DNA of 64,000 nucleotides from the human T2T-CHM13v2.0 reference genome, Homo sapiens: assembly GCF_009914755.1 (NCBI RefSeq), contig NC_060931.1. One strand, written 5' to 3'. Positions 11,641-24,465 of this stretch are shown piece after piece; positions within the stretch are counted from its first letter, which is position 1, and every line of letters begins with the position of its first letter. Under the pieces are notes generated by a model that ran no database searches, had not been told where the DNA came from, and saw only the letters and a program-made list of their open reading frames with translations. Both the position numbers and the translations under genes were made by a program.

Positions 11641-14104
11641 AAGTTGTAAAGTTAATTTAAGCAATCCATGTCTTGATGACCTCTAATCTCATCAAGAAAA
11701 AAACCCATTTCATTACTCAAGTTAGCAAGGTATATAACTAGTTTCACCAACAAAAACCCATTTTAGGTATCCAGTAACCTATTAGCAAAATATTGGTTAT
11801 TGATCAAAGACAAAAATTTCAGAAGAGCTCTGTTAGTCACTGCTCAAGTATAACCCTTTCTGATAGCATACTGCAGCTAGATTGCATCAGGACTGTGCAT
11901 TCGTGATTAACATGCCAGCTGACCACTGCTCACATATGCTTTTTTAATAGGTACTAGGGTGTTGGTTTAATATGTTATATATATGCACAATATGTCAGAT
12001 TGCTTATACCAAAGAGTTTCAAAGTAAATTTTAGGCATCGTGACTTTTGGTCTATTTTGCCTTTCATCTTTTAGTAACCAGTATACACAATCTGTAATTT
12101 TACAATTGTGTGATCATTTGATACTAGGATGAGGGAGAACCCAAATACTAAAAGGTTGACCTGAAATGGTACATGGAGATATATAGAATATAGATGTGAC
12201 CTGCTAATACATAGCCCCCAAATAAGCAATGAAAGTCTTCATGGTCATCTGAATTTTCCCTAATAGTAATGAGAGAAGCTATTTGAGCTATTTGGTACTT
12301 TCAAAATGTATTCTTTGAAGGCAACAGGATGTGTCTAGAACTAGGCTTCCATAGTAATCATAGGCTTTTGGGCCTAATGATTCAAAGATTGTGTAAACCA
12401 GCATAGATAATTTCTAGGAAATGATTTAGAATTCGTGTCAGAAAATATGATTGAAGAGGTTGGACACATTTGGATTCCTATTAGTCATTTGATGATTTTG
12501 TCTTTGTGTTTTTTTTTGTGCTGTAACAAAGCACCATCACTGCATTGTTGAGATGATCAAAAGAGTTTACTAGAGATAACATGCTTTGAAAAAATAAGCA
12601 TAAAATTAGCATTTCACATTTAAAATAATATTCAACTTCTCATAAATCATTACAAGTCACTTTTTGTGGCTATAAACCCATTAATATGTTGAAGAAAAGC
12701 AAAACTATCCTTTCTTACCTTCCAATGTTTTAATAATTAGTGATGTACTATGGTTGGGAATAGAAACAAATATATGAATGTAAATAAGGATGTGTATAGA
12801 TATGGCCTGTTCAGTTTGTAAAACTGATCGTGTAGAAAATCTAGAATAATGAAGCTTAAAATTCTGTAGCTAACACTATAAAATGTAACCATGCAATCTA
12901 GTTTGTTTTGCGTCCTAAAGAAGGAATAGTTACCTTCTTTCTTTTCTAAGGTTTGATCCTCCTGCCTGGACAAAAGATACTTATGCCATATAATTGACCA
13001 TTTGTTTTACATTTAAGTGGACAGATATTTTCTTTTATTTTCTCTTTATAACCAGGATCACAGACATTATGGAAAGCCTCTTTGAAGTTTTATGCTAAGT
13101 ACTTTCTGCTAAAGCTTTCATTTTCCTCTGCTTTGCTCACTACCTTTCCATTATGATAAATCACTAAAATCACAAAGCTTATCCTTACAGCAAGCCTATC
13201 ACTCCTTTCTTTCCTTGTTTAAATTTTCATTTCTTCTATAAAGTTTTGATGACTTAGATAACTTAGACTACACATGGCACTTCTAAGAGTAATGTTATAC
13301 ATACAGTAGTTTTTCATCCATTAAACATGGATTTCCCCTTCTAAAGCATGTCACATGATAATCACATGGTAATTGTAAAATATATGTTAAATACTACTGA
13401 AATGAAAGTAAAAAGAATCAGACCATTTTAAATCTATCACCTTTCTACTTTGTCACAGCATCCATCAGTTTTCTTACTTACCATAAGAAAATGTGAATTG
13501 AATTTGCTTTCTAAAAGTGCATGTGTTCTTTCCACTGTTATTTAATGGAAATTTTGCATAACTTTTTGTTTCTTATAGAAAATATAATCAATAATCAGTG
13601 AATGAATAGTGTACATGTCTCAAAAAGAAGGTCTATAAATCTTTATTATAAAATTCTGAAAAGAAGTAAGAAGTCGGAACTTACTATTTTAGTTTCATAT
13701 TAGACAATTGCAAAATCATTATAAAGTGAACCAAATTTATTACTTCATTTAAAATAAAATTACATATTGCCCCCTTATAAACTGTTGAACAATAAGGCTT
13801 TAAAAAGTAATGTAACTATCTAACTGCTATTATTACAATTACTTTTCATTTTCTGAGAAATTTGTCTATAATTATAGTTTATAAAGTATTGAATTCTGTG
13901 GTAGAAAATGAAAAAAACACATTTTATCTTCTGAGTATAAATAATACATTATATTAAACTGATATAAAGAAACATTTCACAAATTTTTTAAGAATTTTCT
14001 TTGAACTAGATTAAAGAGACAGTTATTTCTGAATTGCAGTCTCTCAAGTTGCTAAGTCAATTTTCCAAGGTATAAATGTGATACAAAGAGGAGCCTCCTG
14101 CCTC

Positions 14105-14210
14105 TGTAGGCTCTTTGTTGGCAGAAACAATATTTTATTTATCTCTGTGTCCTCAGCATCCAGTATCCTGAAATATGGTGGTTGCTCAGTAAATTCCTCA
14201 TGACTGAGTG
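14105..14210 (+). mobile_element. L2 3' end
   Basis: ggcagaaacaatattttatttatctctgtgtcctcagcatccag...tgctcagtaaatt. Confidence 0.6.
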
Positions 14211-14909
14211 CCTGTATATCTTCAGGGTATCCAGGAGAATACTCAATTGTGGTTATTCTTTCCAGTGCAGTTGCTTTTTCCTTAGGGAAGATATCTATTT
14301 TGTGGAGCCTACATCACAAAATAGATACATGTGAATATTAGAGTAGATATATTTGGTTATGTTCAGACCTGTAGTGGTTTATCCGTTCTATCATATTTTT
14401 CTAATTGTTTTCAGATCAAAACGAATGTAGTAAAAAGGTACATGGACCTATAAAACATCACTTTTTAGAAAAGTAAGATTATTATTAATCTAATAAAATG
14501 ATGAGTTCAGTAGTTTTGTCAATTAGAACGAAATAAATCTGATGCCCAATATGATTTCCCAACTCCCCAGATAATTAGATTAATCCCACATCTTGATTCA
14601 TGATATGCTATCATTGTTCACCCATGAATGGCCATATTTTAAAAAACGTAATTAACTAGCCATAGAATGAACATTAGTGAACTTACCACCTGGACAAAGA
14701 ACTAGATGAACGGTAACTAATATTTGCCTGGTTTTGCTCCTCTATTGTACCTCTCACAGAATTATCTTGACATTTGTGTTTGTAATTTCCTTTTAACTCA
14801 AATATGCATGCCTAAAAATGTGTTATTTAGTTATTAGTTTCTGAACTTACAAAAGGGGTTTTATAAATGTAGTTTAATATGAATCAGAACTGAATAAGTG
14901 TATGCTTAG

Positions 14910-16600
14910 AATTAATTAATTCATACTTACAAAATTCTACAAATAGTGTATTATATTCCAGACATTTTATTAGGCTCTATGAAATGAATCAAAATTTGGC
15001 AGTCTTCCAGTTTTGCAGGGGTTCTCATTCTTTTGGTGAACACAGACAAGTAAACTTATAGTTATTATGTGATTTGACAGAGAAAGGACTCCTAATGCTT
15101 TATGATACATACTAGTAAGTGGACTGAGTTGAGCCTTGAAGAATGAGCAGGATTTACTTAAGCAACAAGGGATAATGGCATTCCAAGGTTTTTTTATGTT
15201 TGCATGATATATGTAAACTGGTAGTATAAAAGAAAGCTGGAAAGGAGGCAGAAGCCAGATGGTGAAGAGCTTTGCAAACCATACACAGTGTTAAGGTGTT
15301 TCTTTGTAGGTTATAAGAAGTCTGGGAAAATTTAAAAAAGATGGATTAAATGGTCTGTTTTGCTGTTTAGAGAAATCATCCTAATAGCAGCCTGGAGGAT
15401 AGGTAACAAAGAAGTCAAATGTGGCCACCAGACTATGACAATAATCCAAGTAAGAAATGTTGAGGATTGATCTCAGACAGAGACTGTGTTGATGGAAAAA
15501 AGTGAGAAATTTATAAGGACTTTAGATGAGAATAACAAGACTTGTTTACAAATGTGAATGATCAATAAGAATTATGCTGAAAGGTGAGAAATTTAAGATT
15601 TCCAGATTTCCAGATTTGATTACTGAGTCACTGGTAAAACCATTAGCCTGGTCTAGAGAATTCTGTGAAAAAAGGTTTAATGAGGGATCATATGAGAGTG
15701 TGAGGAAGGAGTTTAGTCTTGGACCTGTTGAATTTCCTAGAACCTATAGGATAACAGCTAAACATATAGTTGAGCACAGAAACACAAGGCGTTATACTAA
15801 GAGTTCTGAAAAATTCAAAATCAAACAGCTCTGAGCCTCAGCAATTTTTCTCTCTGGAAAGGAATAATGCAAACACCCAAGTATCTTTCAGATTTCTAGG
15901 TGACATCAAACAGGAACAAAGAGTGCTGTGATTTACCAAAGAGAAAACTCTCTTCTGTTTGTGTGATCAGGATGGGCAGCATGAGTGAGATATTCCTTGA
16001 GGTTTGCCATGCTGGATCATGAGTGCTTTGGTTAGCAGAAATGGTGGTGAAGGAAGGAAGGAAGGAAGGAAGAAACAGAGGCTAGAGAAAGATATAACAG
16101 AAAGCAGCATGGTATAGAGGCAGGGTGTGTGGAATACATTTATAGCTATTCCAGTCCTTCATTCTGACTACAATTTGAGGTTCAAAAAGGAGACTAGTGA
16201 ATAATAATCTGTAATAAAAATTGGGAACAGGTTCGGAAGAATGTTGAATGCTAGGAATTGTAGTTTACTTAGTTGGCAACCTCCTTGGGGGTTGGAGCTA
16301 TAAGCCTAAATATGGTTTTAAGGGTAAAATGATCATATCAGAGTTTCACTTGAAGAAAATTAATGAGATACAAATATATGAGGTGAACTGAGGAGGACAG
16401 AAAATGCTTGTGAGGACCCTGTTTAGAACCCTATTATAATGATCAATAAAGAGAAAATGGAAGCTATAAAGGACAGCAGAAAAGAAGGAATAGAATGGAT
16501 GTGATTTCATATTATTTTCAAATTTTTCAAATTAAAGATGAAAGGAAGGAAGGAGCCAAGGACGGTTCTAAGAATTTGGGTCAGGCACTTTCTGGGAAGT
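14910..16600 (-). mobile_element. Decayed L2 fragments separated by unique or low-complexity DNA
   Basis: gagttgagccttgaagaatgagcaggattt, ttgctgtttagagaaatcatcc, gagtttagtcttggacctgttgaattt are typical antisense L2 motifs. Confidence 0.6.
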
Positions 16601-16762
16601 TTGATGACAGCTATGTGGGCCTGGGATCATCCCCGATGACTATGTGTTGGAACAACTTTATGGGTCCAGGTAACTGGGAAGAAGTAATTTATCTGAGAAG
16701 AAACAACTACCAAAAATAGCAAAGCCAGGAAAGATAAACACTAAGAACAATTTAAGTCATTT

Positions 16763-17048
<286 letters not shown>

Positions 17049-19949
17049 CTACAAAGGGACATGGGATTTTTCCTTTATTTTACAAAATGGTTTAGTTTAA
17101 ATAAAGTTCCACAAGTTATTTTCCAGCTTTAATATTCTGGAAGTCTAAGATTCTGTGAATCTTAGGTCTTCTTGAGAGATTGGAAAGCGGATAAGTAGAG
17201 GTGTTGTGTATAAGGAAGGCTTGCTTTTATTTGTCAATAAAAGGCAATGGTCAGCAAGGGAGCAGACAGTGACAAAGGAAAAAAAAAATGGTAATGATGG
17301 AGCAAGATCCCTGGATGAGAGCTAAAGCAGAGATGAGGATATCTGCTATGGCAAGCTGATGCAGCTCCACAGGAGCACTGGCGAAAAAGGAGTTGGGTAA
17401 AGATGGAAGAAGGCTAGAGAAGGGATTTGAAGAAGTGCATTTCATTGGGCTCAGCCCAAGTAGTAAATTAACAAGTGACATTTCCCTTCTGGGAATGAAG
17501 GGGTATGGAGAGGGAACTGGAGGGATCAGTAACATCTGCTATCAGGAGTGTAATAGACAAGAGATGCACTGAAAATTGCCAAACAGCAGTGAGGAGCAGA
17601 TTCCTTTGTGTCTACACATTCCTTTGTCTGCATGGCCTCTCTGTATGATTTCCTTAAGCAGAGAGTGTTAATCTAAAATGTTTAAAAAGATATTCATAGA
17701 TGAACGTACTCGTCCTGTAGCCCTCTTTGGTGAGGTTAATTGAGGCTAAAAAGTCCAGTGACATGCAGGCCTGACATGGGACAAAAGGCATTTGATATGA
17801 CCTGAAAGGGAGATGATGTTTCTGTGATCCATTGCCCTTCATTTTAAGTAAGTGGTATACATAGATTGTTAGAGAGGATTTTCCTCACCACAATTTTACA
17901 TCCGCTGAGCCCAAATTATCATAGTCGACAGTTTCTTAGCTTTTGATAGAAGGTAGAAAGGAAAGCAGGGTGAGAAGTACTGAGCCAAACCTCTTGTCTG
18001 ATTTGATCCTGCCTTAGAGAATCTAGGGTACATAGAAATGCAATGTTTTAAAATATTGGCTACATACAAAGATCAAAGAAAGGGATTACAAAGATAGCTT
18101 AATATTTTTTAATGAGAAAATTTATACACATGTAGAACATAGCAGTGGTAACATGTGATGTTTGGACATTTTCAAAGTGAGTAAAGAGAGTCTTCAAGTG
18201 AACTCTTAGAAAAATCTTTTCTGTCAGTAGTCATCTGTAAAATTCCCTGGCTTGGAGTCGCAGCTGGGAAACTGGAGCAGGGTCAAGGGCACATAGCATT
18301 TCTTAGCACCAACAGATCCACAGTAATTGGACTTCAAAACCATGCTGAGTCCTTGTTTCTTAAAAACCAAACTGAGAATTATGTAGCATTTAACAACAAA
18401 TAATATTCCCTGGCCAAAATCTAATGCTCCACTTGTAGACAATGTACAATCTGGACCCATTCCACCTGCTTTTGAAAAAAGTTTTTGAAAGCTGCCAAAT
18501 GTTTACTTTCTTCTAATTTTGTCCTGTGTTGTGTTTTCACTCATGACACATATTTTGCACCAAAAATAATTTAGTGGGTTAGTGGGAATAGAGTCATAAA
18601 TGAGGAGAAAATGGCGAAACTGCTGGCTGGTGGAACAGCCCACGATTAATAAATTGTGCAATATGTGATTTGGCAGCTCTTTGATTCACCAGCAGAGTCC
18701 CCTCCCTTGTAAATTCTAGTTGGCTTTCCCATACATTATTATGTGGATTCCTTATAACCACTTCCCTTTCTGATTTTCCAGAGACAGGGTATAAAGTTTC
18801 CCTAAACGCCAATAAAATGTGAAATCTTATCCCTCTCTTTAGGCTGGCTTTGTGTAGTCATCTTCTAAAATAAGAACAGCGCGTGTCTTAAACATTGCTA
18901 TTTTCTATTTTTATGTTCATTCAATAGTTACAATTCTTCACAGTTTTCATTTCGATGGCAGTTTGTTAAAATTTGAGAGATAGATATTAATAGAAATTGT
19001 ACATGTTTTCTTTTTGCCTATAAAAATAAAATTAATTTCTCATAATGCTGTGCAGAAAAATCTACATCCTTAAATTAGTACAGATTATATACTAATTTCT
19101 CCACCTAATCAAAATCTGTAGATGAATAGACTTGAAAGCAGTACATTAACTTCAAATCCATTAACACATAATTTTAGTTTGCTGTTGTATTCCTGAAGTA
19201 ACATAAAAACCCTGGGGTTTAAATGTTGATTCTGTTTACATGATCAGAGAATATTTGTTTTTTATGGAGGCAATATATTTAGTCATTGTTATTAATTGTG
19301 ACACACTAAAAAAGGATGCTTTACTGTATTTTACTATACTGAAGCATTTGTTGACAAGCTTTTAAAAAGAGGTTTTCATTTTGTGCAATGGAGGAGTGGA
19401 AGGATATAAATAGCTTTCGTCGTGCGCAGTGTCTTCGGAGAATAATTTTTTTCTTTCTTTTCTTTTTTTTTTAAATGGAAATTTGGCAAGGAAAAGCCTA
19501 AAATATATACACAGCATTACATCATTTGTATTAAATCATTTTGTGTTTTGAGTGCTTTCTAGATTCAGAGAGTAAAAATTAGTTAGAATGAAAAGATAAA
19601 TCGTTCAATATGTCCAAAAGCCTCAGAACCCATGTTCCCAGTATCAAAAAAGTTCATGGCATATTTATATCAGACCTGCAATGTAGAAGCCTTGAATGTT
19701 TAGAAGTTGCCTTGGAATGCAACTGGAGAAGCAAAATTTGCAAAAAGATTTAAGTAAGTTTGGGATGAAGGGAGTTGTAGCTTTATTTAATTTTCATTAT
19801 TATAACTCTCTATAAAATTTAAGTAACGCAAGTAATATTTTGAGGGTTTTGATATGTTTTTCTCTTTTGCATTTCTGACTACATGACTTTCCTGCTTATT
19901 GGACTTGAGCATTTCCCTGCCTCTGGGGATGGGATTTGGGGTTGGGTAG

Positions 19950-21118
19950 TGTTGTATAGATTAATACATTGGACATGTTTCTGAAGAGAGAGAGACTTAA
20001 TATTTAGCTATGTTTGCACAGAAGACAATAAACTTGAAAGCCAGGTTTAGGGGAAGGGAAAGAATTGTCCAAATTTCTTTCACTCACATTAAGATATCAA
20101 AGATCCAGCCTGAAGGAGCCATACACAGAGTTAGGCCTCTGTGTGGATAGAATGTCCCCTCTGCTTCCCCCAGTGAGGCACTTTCATGGTAGAAAACAGG
20201 ACATATAGAAAGTAAAAGGCAACTTCCTCTCTCTAGCCTCAGGAAAACATGAGAAGCATTGGAGAAAGAGGGAAAGGAAGAGAGAAAAGTAGTCAGATGT
20301 GTGTCTTTAATTCATGTGTCTCTAATTCATGGTGTGTCTCTAATTCATCTGCCCACGAGGTATGTTATATAATTAGGGTAGGACATTGAGAACGGGTTGG
20401 CATCTGCTAACTCCCCATCTGTAAGAAACAAGGAGGGAGGGGGTTCCAATATAGGGCAGTTTGTTTGGTCTAGCCAACAGGACAGAGCAGCATAGTTACA
20501 GAGGATAGGTCGGGCTGGCACACATCAGCCTCCTTCACCTCCTGTGTTTGGTTGCTGAGATGAGATCCAGGGGGCCTGTGGGGTGCAGGCGTTGGGGGTT
20601 GGTGAGCCATGGCCAAGATTGCAGTGGGCCATCAGGCTTGGGGACCGATGGAGACCCAGCAGAGACTTGGCTATGAAACCTGTGATAACTGTGGGGAAAG
20701 TCAGCAAAGGACAGATGGTGGATGTGCCAGGGGAATCCCCTTCACCCAAGCAATGGGCAATGAGCTAATCAGCTGTGGAGTTTAGAAACAGTTTAGAGAT
20801 AGATGCCAGCAGGTGCCCAGGAATTAGGTGGATGGGGATCATTATGCTAGAAACAAATGGATACAGCCAGTAAACATGTGGAGGTCTGTTTAAAATAAGA
20901 ATTGGGATAGGGATTGTCAGATAAGAAGCAGTATTACCTAAAGAGACTATTTGCATAAGTGTACCAGGCTGAGTTTTAAACTGGATAAAGTTAAAGTTTT
21001 AATTTTTCCCTCCACTAACCAGTAGGTGATGGCTCAAGAAGAAAATTAGCTTATTTATAAGTTTAAAAGAAGAGCTACATTTTTTTTAGCATGTTTGAGT
21101 ACATTGACCCATCTATAC
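19950..21118 (+). mobile_element. Ancient solo LTR, LTR78-like
   Basis: Purine/G-rich 1.17-kb block starting tgttgtata; the 3' part tttaaactggataaagttaaagttttaatttttccc...ggctcaagaagaaaattag...gagctacattttttt resembles the remembered LTR78 end. Confidence 0.5.
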
Positions 21119-21384
21119 TTTCAGCAAAGCTCTGGACTCATTATTAAAATTTCTGGTTGTCTATTGAGAAGCATCACTACACCTGTGTCATGTGATGTCA
21201 TATCAAAACTTTTATTATACTCAGAAAGTGGCAGTAAAACCTTTACTCCTTATGCTTAAAAAAATCAAAATTATTTCTTAGTTCTTTGCCAATGCTAGAA
21301 GTCATAAACTAATGCTCTACCGGTCACAACATGCTGTACATATGTTTTACTTGACCCAAGCAGTGTTTTTAAAAATAAAGATAA

Positions 21385-21844
21385 TCATTGCAGCACTATT
21401 CACAATAGCCAAGACATGGATTTCAACCTAAATGTTCATTAATGGTAGACTAAATAAAGAAAATGTGGTACATGTACTCCACAGAATACTATGCAGCAAT
21501 AAAAAGAATGGATCATGCCCTTTGAAAGAACTTGGATAGAACTGGAGGCCATTATCCTTAGCAAACTAATGCAGGAACAGAAAACCAAATACTGCATGTT
21601 CTCACTTATAAATGGGAGCTACATGATGGGAACACATAGACACAAAGGGGTAAACAACAGACACCGGGGCCTACCTGAGGGTAGAGAGTGGGAGGAGGGA
21701 GAGGGGCAGAAAAAATAACTATTGGGTACTAAGCTTAGTACCTGGGTCATGACATAATCTGCACAACAAACCCTTGTGACAAAAGTTTACCTACATAACA
21801 AACCTGCATATGTACCCTGAACCTAAAATTAAAGTTAAGAAAAA
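21385..21844 (+). mobile_element. L1PA (about L1PA15/16) 3' end
   Basis: ORF2 C-terminal frame (TWIELEAIILSKLMQEQKTKYCMFSLI, 21515-21718) and 3' UTR aaaaataactattgggtactaagcttagtacctggg...aacaaacctgca...aaaattaaagtt. Confidence 0.9.
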
Positions 21845-22035
21845 TGTACTGCACATTGCAGAATTGCTAAGAGAATAAATTTCAAATGTTCTCACCACAA
21901 AAGATGTTAAATATTTGGGTTGGTGCATATATTAATTAGCTAGATTCAATGATTACACATTGTATTCATAAATCATAACATCACTTTGTACCCCATAAAT
22001 ATATACAATTATAAATTGTCAATTTACAATAAAAA
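21845..22035 (+). mobile_element. L1MA-type 3' UTR end
   Basis: aattgctaagagaataaatttcaaatgttctcaccacaaaa...aacatcactttgtaccccataaatatatacaatta...aataaaaa. Confidence 0.85.
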
Positions 22036-24465
22036 TGTTCAAACTTAATGCCATAAAAATATGACAAAAAGATTCATACCAACAAATTTCACAAAAAAGA
22101 ATTAGAATATTTTACAAAATCATGGATTTCTGGTTACTGTTGATGGTATCTGGAGGTCTGGCGTCACTGTGCCTGCATTTCTAAACATCACTGATTGCTA
22201 GAGCTGAGTATTGGCTGTCCATTTCCTCTGAGTGATAGTGTTTCACTTTGCCACTGTTCCTATTATTGCCTCTACCAGGCATGCTTCACCTATACCTCTA
22301 ACTCCCTGGCATTCTTTGACGTTGGATATGTGACTTGTATATCCAAAGGATAAATTTCTTCTTTAATCCTATACCCAGCCCCTGACAATGCCCACTGAAC
22401 CTATATTTTTAGCTTCGTCTCTCTGTCTCTCTCTATAAGTTCTCTACTCTTCAAACACAGCAGAGAACTCTTCATTTGTGTTTGCCTGATCGCATTATTT
22501 TCTTTCCTTATGATGTTTGAGGTCCCCCTGCCTCTTTTTAGTCTAATCAAACCTTCCAAATAAAAGAGTTAAGTCAAAGCAAGACAACAGACACTTTCTT
22601 AAATGCCACTGTGTGGGAGCCATTGTGTTGGACATTGCTGGAATCCGTTCCCATGAGGAGATTACAATATTTTGGGGATATAACACATAAACATTAAATT
22701 AAACATATAGTGCATTGGATAACAGATCACGAGAGTGACAGAATGGTGTAATGAGGCAGTATAACCAATGGCACCATGAAAACCTTCATGAGTTGCCCAC
22801 ATCATCTGCATTTCCTTTAAGCAGAGACTCTAAATCCTGGTTTTTGTCATGGAAGAGCAGCTTTATTTCAAGGTCTCACTAAAATCTCAATGTTAAAAAT
22901 ATATGCATTTAAATTTTAAAAATCTAAGAACACAATGTACATCTCAATTTCATGTATACATATGCACATAAAGAATACATAATGCACATTTACTACAAGT
23001 TAATGAAGATTAAAAGCATGCATCTGTAGTTCATGTTTCTTCCAATTTCTTGGTCAGTGGTTCTTCAAAGTTTTGCAATTTTAAACTTAATACTATGAAA
23101 ACATTTATAGTTGTTTTCTATTAGTTCATCTAAGTAAGAACACGGTATTTTTCTCACTATATTAGAATTTCCCCAGAAGAATTTATTGCCATGAAAAAAT
23201 ATGTTCTAGGAAACAAGAGAAATTGTTTTTTTCTCATTTCTGTCACTGTCAGGACTTGCCTCTCCATGCTTAGACCTAGCAGAGAAATCCTGAAGATATC
23301 CTGCTGGTAAGTAAGTTAACTGTTAAATAAGGCTCTAGGGTTAAAGGTTAACAGGCATGCATTCAGCAACAACTTTTTATAATAAACATGCATCACACCA
23401 ATTAACCTAAACACCCTATTATATTAATCATATTTGATTGATTTTATTTCAATTTTCAGCATTCCCACCTAAGTAAATTGCTGTTTCCCTAATATTCCTG
23501 GGAGTCAGTCATTATTATCATGTTAAAATTAGTTCCTCTATTGGTCATATTGACATCAGGCATTTAAATGATTATTTAATATAATAAATAAGGTCTAAAT
23601 GGAGTTTTGCTTAAACTGAATTAATGCTGCTGCCTCTTTCTTTTTATTGATTTTCATGAATTATTTTAGTTGGTCAAAATAAAATAGCGTATAGCTAAAG
23701 ATTATTGAACTAGAATATATATGGCAATTCATTTATCTCAACCAACTCGGTGATTAATTAATGTAGGTTAATTAATTAACCTTGCTGTATGGCATCCTGT
23801 GGGGTTAATGCTAACCATCCATCTATATACTTCTGCCATTGCTGAGGCAAAGGAGTAAGGCATCACTAGGAACTGGAAGATTTACAATCTTCCACAGTCA
23901 TACCTACATATGGCATAGCAAAAATTATACACGTTCCTATTTGAATAGACCATTATTCCCAGCTTTAAAATAGTAGAAAAGAGGCAGAGAGAGGCGACAA
24001 TGCTCCCTCCCTTTCCATAGCTTTCCCAGGTCACTACTGAAAGCTTATCAGGCCTTGGTTTAATAATCTCTGTTCCTTGGCAGTCTGCTACTTAGCAACT
24101 AAATCATTCTCCCTTTCCCCATTTGTTCTACTCACCTTGCAACCTAAAAGATGAAAAATATTTATCCCAGATGTGTAAATTAAATACGCAGGCATTCAAA
24201 TTCAGTAGATTTTCATACATTAAGGGATGTCAGGAATGTAGCTAAATGCTAATGTTATCTAGGGTATCTCTGATGAAATGGGATTTAAGTGTGCTTGAGT
24301 AGCAAAACTTTATCAGATAGAATGGGATATTTTTACCAAAATAATTTATTTAATGATCTGTGCTTTCCAAATTTATAAGCAAGTATTTTTCCTTAGTAAA
24401 AAGAGTGGAGGGGTTCTTAGGGCTCCTTTTTAGTGAACAACCGACCGAAAGGATAATTCTGTAAT

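Larger units (their letters stand above)
21296..22330 (+). mobile_element. MER102-like hAT element split by two L1 3' ends (pieces about 21296-21380 and 22040-22330)
   Basis: 5' piece tagaagtcataaact...atatgttttacttgacccaagcagtgttttt; 3' piece gatttctgg...ctggcgtcactgtgcctgcatt...tagagctgagtattggctg. Confidence 0.4.

Noticed and set aside
14680-14705. 3-nt minus-strand micro-exon (ctttgtccag|GTG|gtaagt)
   Set aside because: Short pyrimidine tract within probable decayed L1 sequence; shows that such patterns arise by chance.
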